The notes below the pieces were generated by a model. It was not told the origin of the DNA. It was given only the letters and a program-made list of their open reading frames with translations, and ran no database searches. The translations under genes and the position numbers were made by a program. Below, piece by piece: positions 31,077-41,626 of a stretch of 64,000 bases of DNA; position 1 is the first letter of the stretch, and each line of letters begins with the position of its first letter. The DNA is from an uncultured Chloroflexia bacterium (GTDB lineage: Bacteria; Chloroflexota; Limnocylindria; Limnocylindrales; CSP1-4). The DNA is taken from assembly GCA_963734535.1 (NCBI GenBank), contig CAVTHS010000003.1, positions 224,001-288,000 of the forward strand, written 5' to 3'.

Positions 31077-32831
31077 ATGGCCGACCCGCGCGGCCCCGGG
31101 CTCGCCGCCGGGCGCCTCCTCGAGCTGGCGGTCGCCGACTTCGCGCTGATCGAGCGCGTCCGGATCACGTTCGCGGCGGGATTCAACGTGCTGACCGGCG
31201 AGACGGGCGCCGGGAAGAGCCTGCTGATCGACGCGCTCGGCCTCGCCCTCGGGGCGCGCGCGGACCCGGGCCTCGTGCGCCACGGCGCGGACGCCGCCCG
31301 TGTCGAGGCGCTCTTCGACCGGCTGCCAGAGGCGCTCGTGTGCGTTCGCGAGGTCGGCGTGAACGGCCGATCGGTCGCGCGGGTCGACGACGAGACGCTG
31401 ACAGCCGGCCGGCTGGCGGCCATCGCCGGCCCGCTCGTGGAGATCCACGGGCAGCGGGACCAGGGCCGCCTCCTCGACGAGCGCTGGCAGCGCGAGCTGC
31501 TCGACGGCTACGGGGGCCACGCCGCGGAGCGCGCCGCGGTTGCCGGCTCCGTGGGGGCCTGGCGGGACAACGAGGCCGCGCTGGCGTCGCTCGCCATCGA
31601 CCCGCTGGAGCTGGAGCGCCGGGTCGCCCTCCTGGAGCACGAGGTCGAGGAGATCACCGGCGCCCGGCTCGTCCCCGGCGAGGCGGTCGCGATCCGGGCC
31701 CGTCTCGATGCGTCGCGGCACGGCGAGGCGATCGCGCGCGGGTCGGCGGCGCTCGCCGGCCTCCTCGCCGGCGACGACGGGGCAGCGGAGGCGTCGCTGG
31801 GCGCACGCGAGCAGGCGTCACGCGCGGCGTCGGAGGCGGCGGCGCTCGCCCGTCTCGATGCACGTTACGGGCCGCTCGTGGAGCGCCTGGCCGGCGCGGC
31901 CGCGGAGCTCGAGGACGTCGCGTCGGAGGCGCGTCGCCTTGCGGAGACGGTCGACCACGATCCAGCCGCGCTCGCGACCCTGGAGGCGCGCCTGTCGGTG
32001 CTGTATAGCCTGGAGCGGCGCTACGGGACCGATGTCGACGGTCTCGTCGGACGGGCCGGGGAAGCGGCCGCGGAGATCGATCGCCTGCGCGATCTGGGCA
32101 CCGAGCGCGAGCGGCGACGCCTCGACGCCGAGCGGCTCCTCGCCGACGTGGCCAGCACCTGCGTCGTCCTCTCGGCGCGCCGCGCGCGGGCTGCGACTGA
32201 GCTCGGGACGGCGATCGAGACCGCGGTCGCCGAGCTCGGCCTGCGCGGGACGCGCGTCGAGATCGCGGTCGGCCGGCGGATCGCGGCTCCGGATGAGCCC
32301 GCCATCGAGCTCGGCGGGGACGCCGTGGCGTTCGACGCGACCGGTGCGGACGTCGTCGTCTTCCTGATCGCGCCGAACCCGGGCGAGCCGGCGCGGCCGC
32401 TCGCGAAGATCGCGTCGGGCGGCGAGCTGTCGCGGCTCGCCCTCGCGATCGAGGAGGTGCTGGCCGCGGCGGACGCGACCCCGACCCTCGTCTTCGACGA
32501 GATCGACGCGGGGATCGGCGGCCGGAGCGCGGACCCTGTCGCGCGGACGCTCTGGCTCCTGGGACGCCGGCACCAGGTCCTGTGCGTGACGCACCTGCCC
32601 CAGATCGCCGCCCACGCCGACGCGCATTTCGGGATTCGAAAGGTCGAGCGCGCCGGCCGGACCGTGACCGAGGTATGCCGGTTGACCGACGACGACCGCG
32701 TCGTGGAGCTCGCCGCGATGATCGGCGGTCCTGCGGCCGGCTCGGCAGCCACCGCGTCGGCGCGGGACCTCCTCGCGCGAGCGGCCGCGTTTCGAGCCTC
32801 CCGGGCGGCACCGGCCCGCACGCGACGATGA
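31077..32831 (+). CDS. recN: DNA repair protein RecN
   Basis: LTGETGAGKS, EIHGQ, ASGGELSR, FDEIDAGIGG, VTHLPQIAA. Confidence 0.95.
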   Translation: MADPRGPGLAAGRLLELAVADFALIERVRITFAAGFNVLTGETGAGKSLLIDALGLALGARADPGLVRHGADAARVEALFDRLPEALVCVREVGVNGRSVARVDDETLTAGRLAAIAGPLVEIHGQRDQGRLLDERWQRELLDGYGGHAAERAAVAGSVGAWRDNEAALASLAIDPLELERRVALLEHEVEEITGARLVPGEAVAIRARLDASRHGEAIARGSAALAGLLAGDDGAAEASLGAREQASRAASEAAALARLDARYGPLVERLAGAAAELEDVASEARRLAETVDHDPAALATLEARLSVLYSLERRYGTDVDGLVGRAGEAAAEIDRLRDLGTERERRRLDAERLLADVASTCVVLSARRARAATELGTAIETAVAELGLRGTRVEIAVGRRIAAPDEPAIELGGDAVAFDATGADVVVFLIAPNPGEPARPLAKIASGGELSRLALAIEEVLAAADATPTLVFDEIDAGIGGRSADPVARTLWLLGRRHQVLCVTHLPQIAAHADAHFGIRKVERAGRTVTEVCRLTDDDRVVELAAMIGGPAAGSAATASARDLLARAAAFRASRAAPARTRR

Positions 32832-32962
32832 CCGGTCGAGGCGGCCTGGGGCCGACGGACGCAGGGGCGATCCGCACCGAAGCCGGCCGCTCCGGGGCAG
32901 ACCGGCGTCATCCCGCGGCGCGGCCGCCGGGAAGCGCGCGGCGACAGCGCCGGCCGCGCCTG

Positions 32963-33919
32963 ATGCCTGCCGGGACCCCGCCGGACCTGGTTGCCGCGAT
33001 CGAGGCGTTCCTGCTCCATCTCCAGGTCGAGCGCGGGCTCTCCCCGGCGACCCTCTCCGCGTACGGCGCCGACCTGCGCGACTTTGCGGGCAGCCCGGAG
33101 GCGCTCGGCGGCTGGGAACGCTCTCCCGACCCGGCCATCGCCTACCTGGGCCGCCTGGCGAGCACGGCCGGCCCGTCCGGCGTCCGTCTCCGCGCGACGA
33201 GCCGCCGCCGCCGCACCGCGGCGATCCGGGCCTTCTACCGCTTCGCGCTCGCAGAAGACCTGGCCCGGGTGGACGTTGCCGCCCATCTTGATCTGCCGCG
33301 CGAGCCGCGGCTCCTGCCCGACCCGCTCGGGATCGAGGAGGTGGCGCGGCTCCTCGAGGCAGCGGGGCCGCTCGGGCCCGCGGACCCGGCGCACGATGCC
33401 GCCCCGATTCGGTCACGCGCGCTGCTGGAGCTGCTCTACGCAGCGGGTCTGCGGGTAAGCGAGGCGACCGGGCTCGACGTGGATGACCTGGACCTCGACG
33501 GGGCGACGGTGCGGGTGATCGGCAAGGGCGACAAGGAGCGCCTCCTGCCCGTCGGCGATGTCGCGATCGACTGGCTGCGCCGCTACGAATCCGCGGTCCG
33601 CCCGGCCCTGCTGGCGCTGCATGCCGTTCCCGTCCACCGCGGTGGCCCGGTCTTCCTGGGGAGCCGGGGACGCCGCCTGACGCGCCAGCAGGCGTGGGAC
33701 GTCGTGACGCGGGCGGCCGCGGCCGCGGGCCTGGCCGGGCGGGCGACGCCTCACACGCTCCGCCACTCGTTCGCGACGCACCTGCTGGAGGGCGGAGCCG
33801 ACCTGCGCATCGTCCAGGAGCTGCTCGGACATGCGAGCATCAGCACGACACAGATCTACACGCATCTCACCGGCGAGCGTGTCCGGGAGGTGTACGCTCG
33901 GGCGCATCCGCGCGCCTGA
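32963..33919 (+). CDS. xerD: Tyrosine recombinase XerD
   Basis: ELLYAAGLRVSE, GKGDKER, TPHTLRHSFATHLLEGGADLRIVQELLGHASISTTQIYTH, AHPRA; alternative ATG at 32828. Confidence 0.92.
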   Translation: MPAGTPPDLVAAIEAFLLHLQVERGLSPATLSAYGADLRDFAGSPEALGGWERSPDPAIAYLGRLASTAGPSGVRLRATSRRRRTAAIRAFYRFALAEDLARVDVAAHLDLPREPRLLPDPLGIEEVARLLEAAGPLGPADPAHDAAPIRSRALLELLYAAGLRVSEATGLDVDDLDLDGATVRVIGKGDKERLLPVGDVAIDWLRRYESAVRPALLALHAVPVHRGGPVFLGSRGRRLTRQQAWDVVTRAAAAAGLAGRATPHTLRHSFATHLLEGGADLRIVQELLGHASISTTQIYTHLTGERVREVYARAHPRA

Positions 33920-33946
33920 GGGCCGCGACGAAGGAGGAAGGATCGG

Positions 33947-34705
33947 ATGGGGCGCTATACCGACTCGCTGCTCATGGACGGGGAGCATGTCCTCTACCGG
34001 ACGCGCCAGCACCCGCTCGGCCGGATCGTCGCCGCCCGGTGGGGGATCGTGATGGTCGGCGTCGCGATCGCCGCGCTGCTCGCGATCCTGATCGGGAACC
34101 CCGGCGAACCGCTGCGCGGGATCCTGGGCTGGGTCACGCTCGCGCTGCTCGTGCTCGGCGCCGTGGACATCGTCTGGATCTACCTTCATTGGTGGGCCGA
34201 GGATTACGTCATCACGAACCGCAGGATCCTCAAGGTGGAGGGTCTCTTCAACAAGCGGGCCGCCGACAGCAGCCTGGAGAAGATCAATGACGCCATCCTC
34301 GAGCAGAGCGTCTTCGGGCGGATGTTCGACTGGGGCGATCTCAGGGTCCTGACCGCGGCCGAGGAGAACGCCGACGACTACCACCTCCTCCACCACGCCC
34401 CGACGTTCAAGAAGACGATGCTCCTCGCCAAGCAGGACATCGAGGACGAGCTCGCCCGCCGGATCACGGCACCGCTCGAGGCGCTCAACGCCCGCGAGTC
34501 CGAGCAGGACCGGAGGGAGGCCGAGGCCCAGGCGTCCGCGAGGACGGCACCCCCGCCGCAGGCCGCCCCGCCGGTGGTCCCGGCCGCACCCGCCCAGAAG
34601 ACGGCGGAGGAGAAGCTCCGCGAGCTCGCTGCGCTCCGCGACGCGGGCCTCATCACGCCGGAGGACTTCGAGGCGAAGAAGACGACGATCCTCGCCACGA
34701 TGTAG
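33947..34705 (+). CDS. Membrane protein with bacterial PH (bPH_2) and C-terminal SHOCT domains
   Basis: Two TMs, YVITNRRILKVEG, QSVFGRMFDWGDL, LRELAALRDAGLITPEDFEAKK. Confidence 0.8.
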   Translation: MGRYTDSLLMDGEHVLYRTRQHPLGRIVAARWGIVMVGVAIAALLAILIGNPGEPLRGILGWVTLALLVLGAVDIVWIYLHWWAEDYVITNRRILKVEGLFNKRAADSSLEKINDAILEQSVFGRMFDWGDLRVLTAAEENADDYHLLHHAPTFKKTMLLAKQDIEDELARRITAPLEALNARESEQDRREAEAQASARTAPPPQAAPPVVPAAPAQKTAEEKLRELAALRDAGLITPEDFEAKKTTILATM

Positions 34706-34759
34706 CGCGGCGCGCACTGGCTACCATATGCGGGATCCCCGCCCGCACCCGGAGTTTCC

Positions 34760-35422
34760 GTGCTCGGACTGAACCTCGATCCTGCCACGCTCGTCGCCGT
34801 GGCAATCTTCCTCCTCGTCGGCTTCCCGGTCCACGAGTTCAGCCACGCGCTGGCGGCCTACCGGCTCGGCGACGGCACGGCCAAGCTGTTCGGGCGCCTG
34901 ACGCTGAACCCGCTCGTCCACCTGGACCCGTACGGATCGCTGCTGCTCGTCGCATCCGCGGTCCTCGGGGGGTTCATCATCGGCTGGGCCAAGCCCACGC
35001 CCGTCAACCCGTCGATGCTCCGCGGCGGCCGCCGGGCGGAGGCCTGGGTGGCGGCCGCCGGGCCTGTCTCGAACCTCGTGATGGCGGTCCTGGCGGCCAT
35101 CGTGCTTCGCCTGATCGTCGCGCTGGACCTCGCGAGCAGCGACGCCGCGCTCTTCGTCGCCAGCGTGATCTTCATGTTTGTCTTCATCAACGTCGCGCTG
35201 TTCATCTTCAACCTGATCCCGATCCCGCCGCTCGACGGCTCGAAGGTGATGTTCGCGCTCATGAACCCGCGAACCGTCTGGCGGATTCGACCGACGCTGG
35301 AGCAGTGGGGTTTCCTCATCCTGATCGTGGTCATGATCATCCCGCTCAACGGGATCTCGATCGGCGGGCGGGTGATCGGCCCGCTCCTCAATGGGCTTGT
35401 CTCCGTCCTGGTGGGCTTCTAA
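34760..35422 (+). CDS. Site-2 protease (M50 family)
   Basis: HEFSH, GRLTLNPLVHLDP, GWAKPTPVN, AAGPVSN, FNLIPIPPLDG. Confidence 0.93.
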   Translation: MLGLNLDPATLVAVAIFLLVGFPVHEFSHALAAYRLGDGTAKLFGRLTLNPLVHLDPYGSLLLVASAVLGGFIIGWAKPTPVNPSMLRGGRRAEAWVAAAGPVSNLVMAVLAAIVLRLIVALDLASSDAALFVASVIFMFVFINVALFIFNLIPIPPLDGSKVMFALMNPRTVWRIRPTLEQWGFLILIVVMIIPLNGISIGGRVIGPLLNGLVSVLVGF

Positions 35423-35894
35423 GGCCCGCCAGCTCGGCCGTCATCTCGTCGCCCGCGTGGCGCCGGGGGAGCGGGCCGCGCTGGCCGGCTGGCTGACGCC
35501 CGCCCAGCTGTCGCTCTTCGACGGCATGCCGACCGCGGACCGCCGGCATGGCCTCGACGTGATGCAGCGCCTCCGTTCACGCGGCAGCGACGATCGCGAC
35601 CTCCTCCTTGCCGGTCTCTTCCACGACGCCGGCAAGGGACACTCGATCCGGCTCTGGCACCGGGTCGCATGGTCGCTCGGGGAGCGCCTGGGGCCCTGGG
35701 CGCATCGCCTCGCGGGTCGCCTCCCGGGCGGTGGTGATGCCATGGCGCGGCTCAGCGACCACGCCGACCGATCGGCATCCCTCGCCCTCGCGGCAGGCTG
35801 CGGGCGCCGCACGGCGGACCTGATCCGGGGTGACGTGCCCGGGGCCGACGCCGCGGCAGCAGCGCTCCTGCACCAGGCCGACGAGGCCGGCTGA
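35391..35894 (+). CDS. HD-domain protein
   Basis: DRRHG, AGLFHDAGK, DH, ADE; start uncertain. Confidence 0.7.
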   Translation: MGLSPSWWASKARQLGRHLVARVAPGERAALAGWLTPAQLSLFDGMPTADRRHGLDVMQRLRSRGSDDRDLLLAGLFHDAGKGHSIRLWHRVAWSLGERLGPWAHRLAGRLPGGGDAMARLSDHADRSASLALAAGCGRRTADLIRGDVPGADAAAAALLHQADEAG

Positions 35895-35900
35895 CCACTC

Positions 35901-36836
35901 ATGGCAGGGTCGTCGATCGAACGGGGAGCCGGCGCGGCGACGATCTCGGCCGCCGGAGCGGCGACGACCTCGACCGCCGGCGTGGCGACCTCGGTCGTCT
36001 TCGGCGCTCGTCGGCGGCCGGAGGACGCCACCGAGATCCACCTGCCCGAATGGGACGGCCCGCTCGGGCTCCTGCTCTCCCTCGTGGAGGCACGCCGGCT
36101 CGATGTCCTGAGCGTGCCGCTCGGCGCGCTCGCCGAGGCCTACCTCGACGCCCTTGCGACCCTCGAGGGCGATCGCCTCGGCAGCATCTCCGCGTTCGTG
36201 GGCGTGGCGAGCCAGCTGATCCTCATCAAGAGCCGCGCCCTGCTGCCGCGTCAGCTCGCCACGGGCGTGCCGCTCGCCGACGAGGGAATGGACCCGGAGG
36301 CGGAGCTGCGGGCGCGCCTCCTGCTCTACCGCGCGTTCCGGGATGCGGGTGCCGTGCTCCAGGCGCGCGCCCTGGCCGGCGCGCTCTCGGTTCGCCGCGA
36401 GCCTGGGGTTGCCGCGGCGGCCGGCCGAACCCACGCGGTCGCGCCGGATGCGCCGCCACTGGACGTGACGCTCCTGGTCCGCGCGCTCGACCGGCTGGCT
36501 GCCGTGGTGCCCGCGCCGCCGGTGCCTCCCGAGGTTGTCCCGCGGACCATGACCCTGGCCGAGCGTGCCCGTCTCATCCGCGCCGCGCTCGAGGAGGCGA
36601 GCCCGGTCGTCCTGCAGGACCTGCTGGCAGGCGTTCGCGACCGGGTGGTCATCGCCGTCACGTTCCTCGCCCTCCTGGAGCTCGTGAAGCGCCGCGAGGT
36701 GACCGTGGAGCAGGACCGCCCGTGGGGCCCCATCCTTGTGCGATCGGTCCCGCAGCCGCCGGCGTGGCCGGGGCAGGGGAGTGGGCGCGCGACGGGTGAT
36801 GATCCGCTCGACGAGACGCTGGAGGACGACGCATGA
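35901..36836 (+). CDS. scpA: Segregation/condensation protein A
   Basis: WDGPLGLLLSL, ASQLILIKSRALLP, VTFLALLELVK..V.VEQ. Confidence 0.92.
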   Translation: MAGSSIERGAGAATISAAGAATTSTAGVATSVVFGARRRPEDATEIHLPEWDGPLGLLLSLVEARRLDVLSVPLGALAEAYLDALATLEGDRLGSISAFVGVASQLILIKSRALLPRQLATGVPLADEGMDPEAELRARLLLYRAFRDAGAVLQARALAGALSVRREPGVAAAAGRTHAVAPDAPPLDVTLLVRALDRLAAVVPAPPVPPEVVPRTMTLAERARLIRAALEEASPVVLQDLLAGVRDRVVIAVTFLALLELVKRREVTVEQDRPWGPILVRSVPQPPAWPGQGSGRATGDDPLDETLEDDA

Positions 36837-37561
36837 GCGACGGCGATCCGCTCGAGCCCGAAGCCGCCGCGACGCCCGATGCCACGGCCGGCGGGGCGGA
36901 TGATGCTGCGGAGGGGGCGGATGCCCGGGACGGCCTGCCGGGCGACGCGTTGACCGACGCGCAGCTGGAGGCGCTGCTCTTCGTCGCCGAGCGACCGCTT
37001 TCCCGGCGCGAGCTCGGCGCCATCACGGGCGCTTCCCCGGAAACGATCGACGGCCGGCTCGGCGACCTCCAGGTCGTGCTCGAATCGCGCGGGCTGCGCC
37101 TGATCGTCGACGGGGAGCGGGTGGCGCTCGCCACGGCGCCGGAGGCGGGACGCCTGATCGGCCGGTACATCGGCCGGGAGCCGACCCGGCTCTCGCCCGC
37201 CACGCTCGAGACGCTCGCGATCGTCGCGTACCGGCAGCCGGCCACGAAGAGCGTCATCGAGCGGATCCGCGGCGTCGACGCTGACTACGCGATCCGGAGC
37301 CTCCTCCATCGCAGGCTCGTGGTGGAGCTGGGTCGCTCTGACGCGCCCGGCCGGCCGATCCTCTACGGCACCGGCGTGGAGTTCCTCGAGAGGTTCGGGC
37401 TCACGAGCATCGACGACCTTCCGGTCGTGGACGCGGCGATCGCCGAGCGGCTGACGCTCGCCGATGGGGACGCGGCCGCCGGCCCAGCCGCGGCCGCCAT
37501 GACGGCTGGCGGCGCGGCAATCGACGCGGGCGCGCGCAGGCCCGCCGGCCGGCCTCGCTGA
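36833..37561 (+). CDS. scpB: SMC-Scp complex subunit ScpB
   Basis: LEALLFVA, LSPATLETLAIVAYRQP, IRGVD, PGRPILYGT..FLERFGL. Confidence 0.95.
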   Translation: MSDGDPLEPEAAATPDATAGGADDAAEGADARDGLPGDALTDAQLEALLFVAERPLSRRELGAITGASPETIDGRLGDLQVVLESRGLRLIVDGERVALATAPEAGRLIGRYIGREPTRLSPATLETLAIVAYRQPATKSVIERIRGVDADYAIRSLLHRRLVVELGRSDAPGRPILYGTGVEFLERFGLTSIDDLPVVDAAIAERLTLADGDAAAGPAAAAMTAGGAAIDAGARRPAGRPR

Positions 37562-38382
37562 TGCCGGAGGAGCGGGTCGCCAAGCTGCTGGCGGCCGCGG
37601 GGGTGGCAAGCCGGCGCGGCGCCGACGTCCTGATCGGCGCCGGCCGCGTGACGCTCGACGGCCGCGTGGCCACGCTCGGGGAGAAGGCGGACCCGGCCGT
37701 CACGGCCATCGCCGTGGACGGTCGTCCGATCGACGTGGTCGCGGCGCTCGTCGCCCCGGCCGTGCACCTCGCCCTCCACAAGCCCGCGGGCGTGACCAGC
37801 ACGGTCGCGGACCGGCACGCGGATCGCACCGTGCTGGACCTGGTCGCGGCCCGTCTCATCCCACCGGGTGTGCGCCTCTACCCGGTCGGCCGCCTGGACC
37901 TCGACTCCGAGGGCCTGCTCATCCTGACGAACGACGGCGCCTGGACGGATCGCGTGCTCCATCCGCGCCATGGCGTCGAGCGCGAGTACGCGGTCGCGCT
38001 GGCGGTGCCCCTCGAAACGGAGCAGCGCACGGCGCTCGCGGCGGGCATCGCGATGGAGGAGGGGACCGCGCGCCTCGGGGCGCTTCGGCCTGCGACCAGG
38101 ACCGAGACAACCAGCCTCGCGCGCCTCCTGGACCCCCGCCCGGTTCCGACGCTCACCTGGTACCGGGTGATCCTGGGCCAGGGCTGGAAGCGGCAGCTGC
38201 GCCGGATGTTCGGGGCGGTGGGCGCCCCGGTCGCCCGCCTGGTCCGCGTCCGGGTCGGGTCGCTCCGGCTGGATCTCGCCACCGGCGCCGTGCGGCCGCT
38301 GACGGCCGCGGAGGTGCGCCGACTCGGGGCGTCCATCTACAACCCGGACGCCGGGAGCGGCGAGCGACGGCGGCGGCAATGA
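37561..38382 (+). CDS. rluB: rRNA pseudouridine synthase (RluB/RsuA family)
   Basis: S4 domain AAAGVASRR, LHKPAG, PVGRLDLDSEGLLILTNDG, HPR..V.REY. Confidence 0.9.
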   Translation: MPEERVAKLLAAAGVASRRGADVLIGAGRVTLDGRVATLGEKADPAVTAIAVDGRPIDVVAALVAPAVHLALHKPAGVTSTVADRHADRTVLDLVAARLIPPGVRLYPVGRLDLDSEGLLILTNDGAWTDRVLHPRHGVEREYAVALAVPLETEQRTALAAGIAMEEGTARLGALRPATRTETTSLARLLDPRPVPTLTWYRVILGQGWKRQLRRMFGAVGAPVARLVRVRVGSLRLDLATGAVRPLTAAEVRRLGASIYNPDAGSGERRRRQ

Positions 38383-40076
38383 GAGACGCCGCCCCGGCCT
38401 CGACGCTCCGGCGCGTCCACCCGTCCAAGGGACCGGCAGACCTGCTAATCACCGGAGCTTCGGTTCGAACGCTCGACCGGGACGGGACGGTGGCCGAGGC
38501 GCTGGCAGTCACGGGCGGGAGGATCGCCGCCGTCGGCGCCGCGCCGGCGCTGCGCCGGCTGGTCGGCCCCCGGACGCGCGTCCTGGAGCTCCGCGGCGAG
38601 ACCGTCCTCCCAGGCTTCCACGATGCCCACGTCCACCCGCCGACGGGCGGGCGACATCTCCTCCTGTGCAATCTCCACGACCTGGCGTGGGACCGGGAGG
38701 CATACCTCGGACGGATCCGGGAGTACGCCGGCATGCATCCGTCCGAGGCGTGGATCGTCGGCGGCGGCTGGGCCATGCCCGCATTCAGTGGCGGGACCCC
38801 GTCACGCCGGGACCTGGATGCAATCGTCCCCGACCGGCCCGTCTACCTCGAGAACCGGGATGCCCACGGCGGGTGGGCGAATTCCGCGGCGCTCGCGCTC
38901 GCCGGCGTCACGGCGACCACGCCCGACCCGCCCGACGGCAGGATCGAGCGCGAACCGGACGGCAGCCCGCAGGGAACGCTCCACGAAGGTGCCACGCGCC
39001 TGGTCGAGCGCCTCCTGCCCCCGGTCACGCAGGAGCAGTGGGAGGAGGCGCTTCGCCGCGCCCAGGCGTACCTGCACCTGTTCGGCATCACGGCGATCAC
39101 CGACGCGTGGGTCACGCCCGAGCACGTGCCCGCCTACCGCGCCCTGGCCGAGCGCGGCGAGCTGACCCTCCGGACGAGCCTCTCGCTCTGGTGGGACCGG
39201 GCGGGTGGCCTCGACCAGCTGGCCTGGTTCGAACAGGCCCGCCGCGACAGCCACGTGGGGAGGCTGCGGGCCACCAGCGTCAAGCTCATGCTCGACGGCG
39301 TGCTGGAGAACGGAACCGGCGCACTGCTCGAGCCGTACCTCGATCGGACAGGTCGCCCGACCGACAACCGGGGGATTGCGTTCATCGACGCCAACAACCT
39401 CGCGGGCGAGATCGCTCCCGCGCTCGACCGCGCCGGGTTCGATCTCCACATGCACGCGATCGGCGACCGCGCGGTGCGGACCGGGCTGGATGCGGTCGCG
39501 GCGGTCCTGGCGGGGAACGGGCCGGCTGATCGCCGCCCGCACATCGCCCATCTCCAGGTGGTCCACCCGGACGACATCCCGCGGTTCGCCGAGCTCGGCG
39601 TGGCGGCGACGATCCAGCCACTCTGGGCCGGCTGGGAAGCCCAGATGCGCGACCTCACCGTCCCGTTCCTCGGGCCGGCGCGAACCGCCTGGCAGTACCC
39701 GTTCGCGAGCCTTGCGCGTTCGGGGGCCCGCCTCGTCGGCGGCAGCGACTGGTCGGTCTCCACGCCGAACGTCGTCGCGGAGGTCGAGGTCGCCGTGAAC
39801 CGGGTCGTGCCGGGATCCCGGGGCGTGGAGCCGCCGTTCCTTCCCGACGAGCGCATCGACCTCGAGGCCGCCCTCCGTGCATTCACGTCGGGCGGCGCGT
39901 GGATCCATCGCCTCGACGGTGTGGCCGGCTCGCTCGAGCCGGGCATGCTCGCGGACCTCGTCGTCCTCGATCGCGACCTCTTCGACCGCGGAGCCGGCGA
40001 GATCGGTGACGCGCGTGTCGTCCTGACCGTGGTGGAGGGCGCGGCCGTCTTCGCGAACCCGGCGCTCGCATGGTGA
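38379..40076 (+). CDS. Metal-dependent amidohydrolase (family 3, YtcJ-like)
   Basis: PGFHDAHVH, KLMLDG, HAIGDRA, HIAHLQ, GSDW, LADLVVLD. Confidence 0.9.
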   Translation: MRDAAPASTLRRVHPSKGPADLLITGASVRTLDRDGTVAEALAVTGGRIAAVGAAPALRRLVGPRTRVLELRGETVLPGFHDAHVHPPTGGRHLLLCNLHDLAWDREAYLGRIREYAGMHPSEAWIVGGGWAMPAFSGGTPSRRDLDAIVPDRPVYLENRDAHGGWANSAALALAGVTATTPDPPDGRIEREPDGSPQGTLHEGATRLVERLLPPVTQEQWEEALRRAQAYLHLFGITAITDAWVTPEHVPAYRALAERGELTLRTSLSLWWDRAGGLDQLAWFEQARRDSHVGRLRATSVKLMLDGVLENGTGALLEPYLDRTGRPTDNRGIAFIDANNLAGEIAPALDRAGFDLHMHAIGDRAVRTGLDAVAAVLAGNGPADRRPHIAHLQVVHPDDIPRFAELGVAATIQPLWAGWEAQMRDLTVPFLGPARTAWQYPFASLARSGARLVGGSDWSVSTPNVVAEVEVAVNRVVPGSRGVEPPFLPDERIDLEAALRAFTSGGAWIHRLDGVAGSLEPGMLADLVVLDRDLFDRGAGEIGDARVVLTVVEGAAVFANPALAW

Positions 40077-40846
40077 CGGGTCGCGCTCCCGTGATCGCGC
40101 TCGACGGACCGGCGTCGTCCGGCAAGAGCAGCGTGGGTGCGGCGGTCGCGGCTGCAATCGGGCTGCGCTTCTTCGACTCCGGGCTCCTCTACCGGGCGCT
40201 CGCGTTCGCCGCACTCGATCATGGCGTCGACCCGGCCGACGGGCCCGCCGTCGCCGCGCTCGCGCCCTCGGTGTCCGTCGAGCCGGACGCAGAGGGCAGG
40301 CTCGATCGCGTCCACATCGACGGTCGGGATGTCGGCGCGCAGGTCCGAACGCCCGAGGTGGACCGGGTGGTCTCGGCCGTGGCGCAGGCACCAGAGGTTC
40401 GCGCTGCGCTGCTCATCCGCCAGCGCGCGCTCGCGGCGGGCGGAGGGATTGTCGTCGCGGGCCGCGACATCGGCACCGTGGTCCTGCCGCAGGCCGACGT
40501 GAAGATCTGGCTGGACGCGAGCGCCGAGGAGCGCGCGGGCCGCCGCGCGCTGGAGCGCGGCATCGACCCCGCGAGCGCCGCGGGCCAGGGGATCCTCGAC
40601 GAGATGCGCCGGCGCGACGGCGCAGACGGGGGCCGTTCCATTGCACCGGCGCGACCCGCGGACGACGCGATCCACGTCCGGACGGATGGGAACACGCTGG
40701 AGCAGACGATTGCCGCGGTCGTGGCCGCGGTCGTGGCCGGCTTCGCCGCAGGCGCGGCAGGCCGGACGACCACCGCGGCCGACCCTGGAGGCATCACGGC
40801 CGCCGGTGGGAGTCTCGCGGTCGGTGCGGAGGACGACGAGCGATGA
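40070..40846 (+). CDS. cmk: Cytidylate kinase
   Basis: IALDGPASSGKSS, DSGLLYR, GRDIGTVVLP.ADVKIWLDAS. Confidence 0.95.
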   Translation: MVTGRAPVIALDGPASSGKSSVGAAVAAAIGLRFFDSGLLYRALAFAALDHGVDPADGPAVAALAPSVSVEPDAEGRLDRVHIDGRDVGAQVRTPEVDRVVSAVAQAPEVRAALLIRQRALAAGGGIVVAGRDIGTVVLPQADVKIWLDASAEERAGRRALERGIDPASAAGQGILDEMRRRDGADGGRSIAPARPADDAIHVRTDGNTLEQTIAAVVAAVVAGFAAGAAGRTTTAADPGGITAAGGSLAVGAEDDER

Positions 40847-41619
40847 GCCAGACACCGCCGCGCCATTCCCGCTCGGACGCGGAGGTCGCGGCCTTCTCGC
40901 TGCCGCGCGATCGCCTGCCCTGGACGATCCGCGCGTCCAACCAGTTCGGGCGCCTGCTCCTTGGCAGCTCCACGCGCGTGAGCGTCAGCGGGCTCGAGCA
41001 CGTCCCGAAGCACGGTGCGCTGATCCTCGCCTCCAACCACGTCTCGAACGCGGACCCGCCGCTGATTGCCAACTGGCTCACCTCCAGCCTGGGCCGGCCG
41101 GTCCACTGGATGGCGAAGGCAGAGGCGCTGGAATGGCCGATCGCCGGCCCGTTCATGCGGATGAACGGCGCCTTCGGCATCCGGCGGGGCGCCGCCGACA
41201 CCGAGGCGTTCCGGCTCGCCAAGTCGGTCCTCGACGACGGCCGTGTGCTCGGCACGTTCCCGGAGGGGACCCGCAGCCCGACGGGCGCCCTCCAGGTGGC
41301 GAAGGAGGGCGTCACGCTCCTTGCGCTCAGGACCGGCGCCCCGATCCTGCCGATCGGGTGCATCGACACGGACCTGTTCTGGCCACGAGACCGGAAGCTG
41401 TGGCGGGTCGGCGGGCGGATCCGGATGCAGGTCGGGGAGCCGTTCGTGCTCGAGCGCGTCACCGGCCCCGACGGCCGAAAGGAGTCCCTGCAGGACGTGA
41501 CGACGCGCCTGATGCTCCATATCGCGGCCCTGCTCCCGTCACGGCAGCAGGGCGTCTACGGGCCGTTGCTGGTGCCCGGCGGGTCGCCGGGCGGGGTTTC
41601 CGACAGCCCCGTGCGATAA
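40843..41619 (+). CDS. plsC: 1-acyl-sn-glycerol-3-phosphate acyltransferase
   Basis: NHVSNAD (HX4D), MAKAE, FPEGTRS. Confidence 0.9.
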   Translation: MSQTPPRHSRSDAEVAAFSLPRDRLPWTIRASNQFGRLLLGSSTRVSVSGLEHVPKHGALILASNHVSNADPPLIANWLTSSLGRPVHWMAKAEALEWPIAGPFMRMNGAFGIRRGAADTEAFRLAKSVLDDGRVLGTFPEGTRSPTGALQVAKEGVTLLALRTGAPILPIGCIDTDLFWPRDRKLWRVGGRIRMQVGEPFVLERVTGPDGRKESLQDVTTRLMLHIAALLPSRQQGVYGPLLVPGGSPGGVSDSPVR

Positions 41620-41626
41620 TCCCTGC

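Noticed and set aside
32963-33919. Integrase of a mobile element
   Set aside because: Sequence and context (recN..scpAB) match chromosomal XerD
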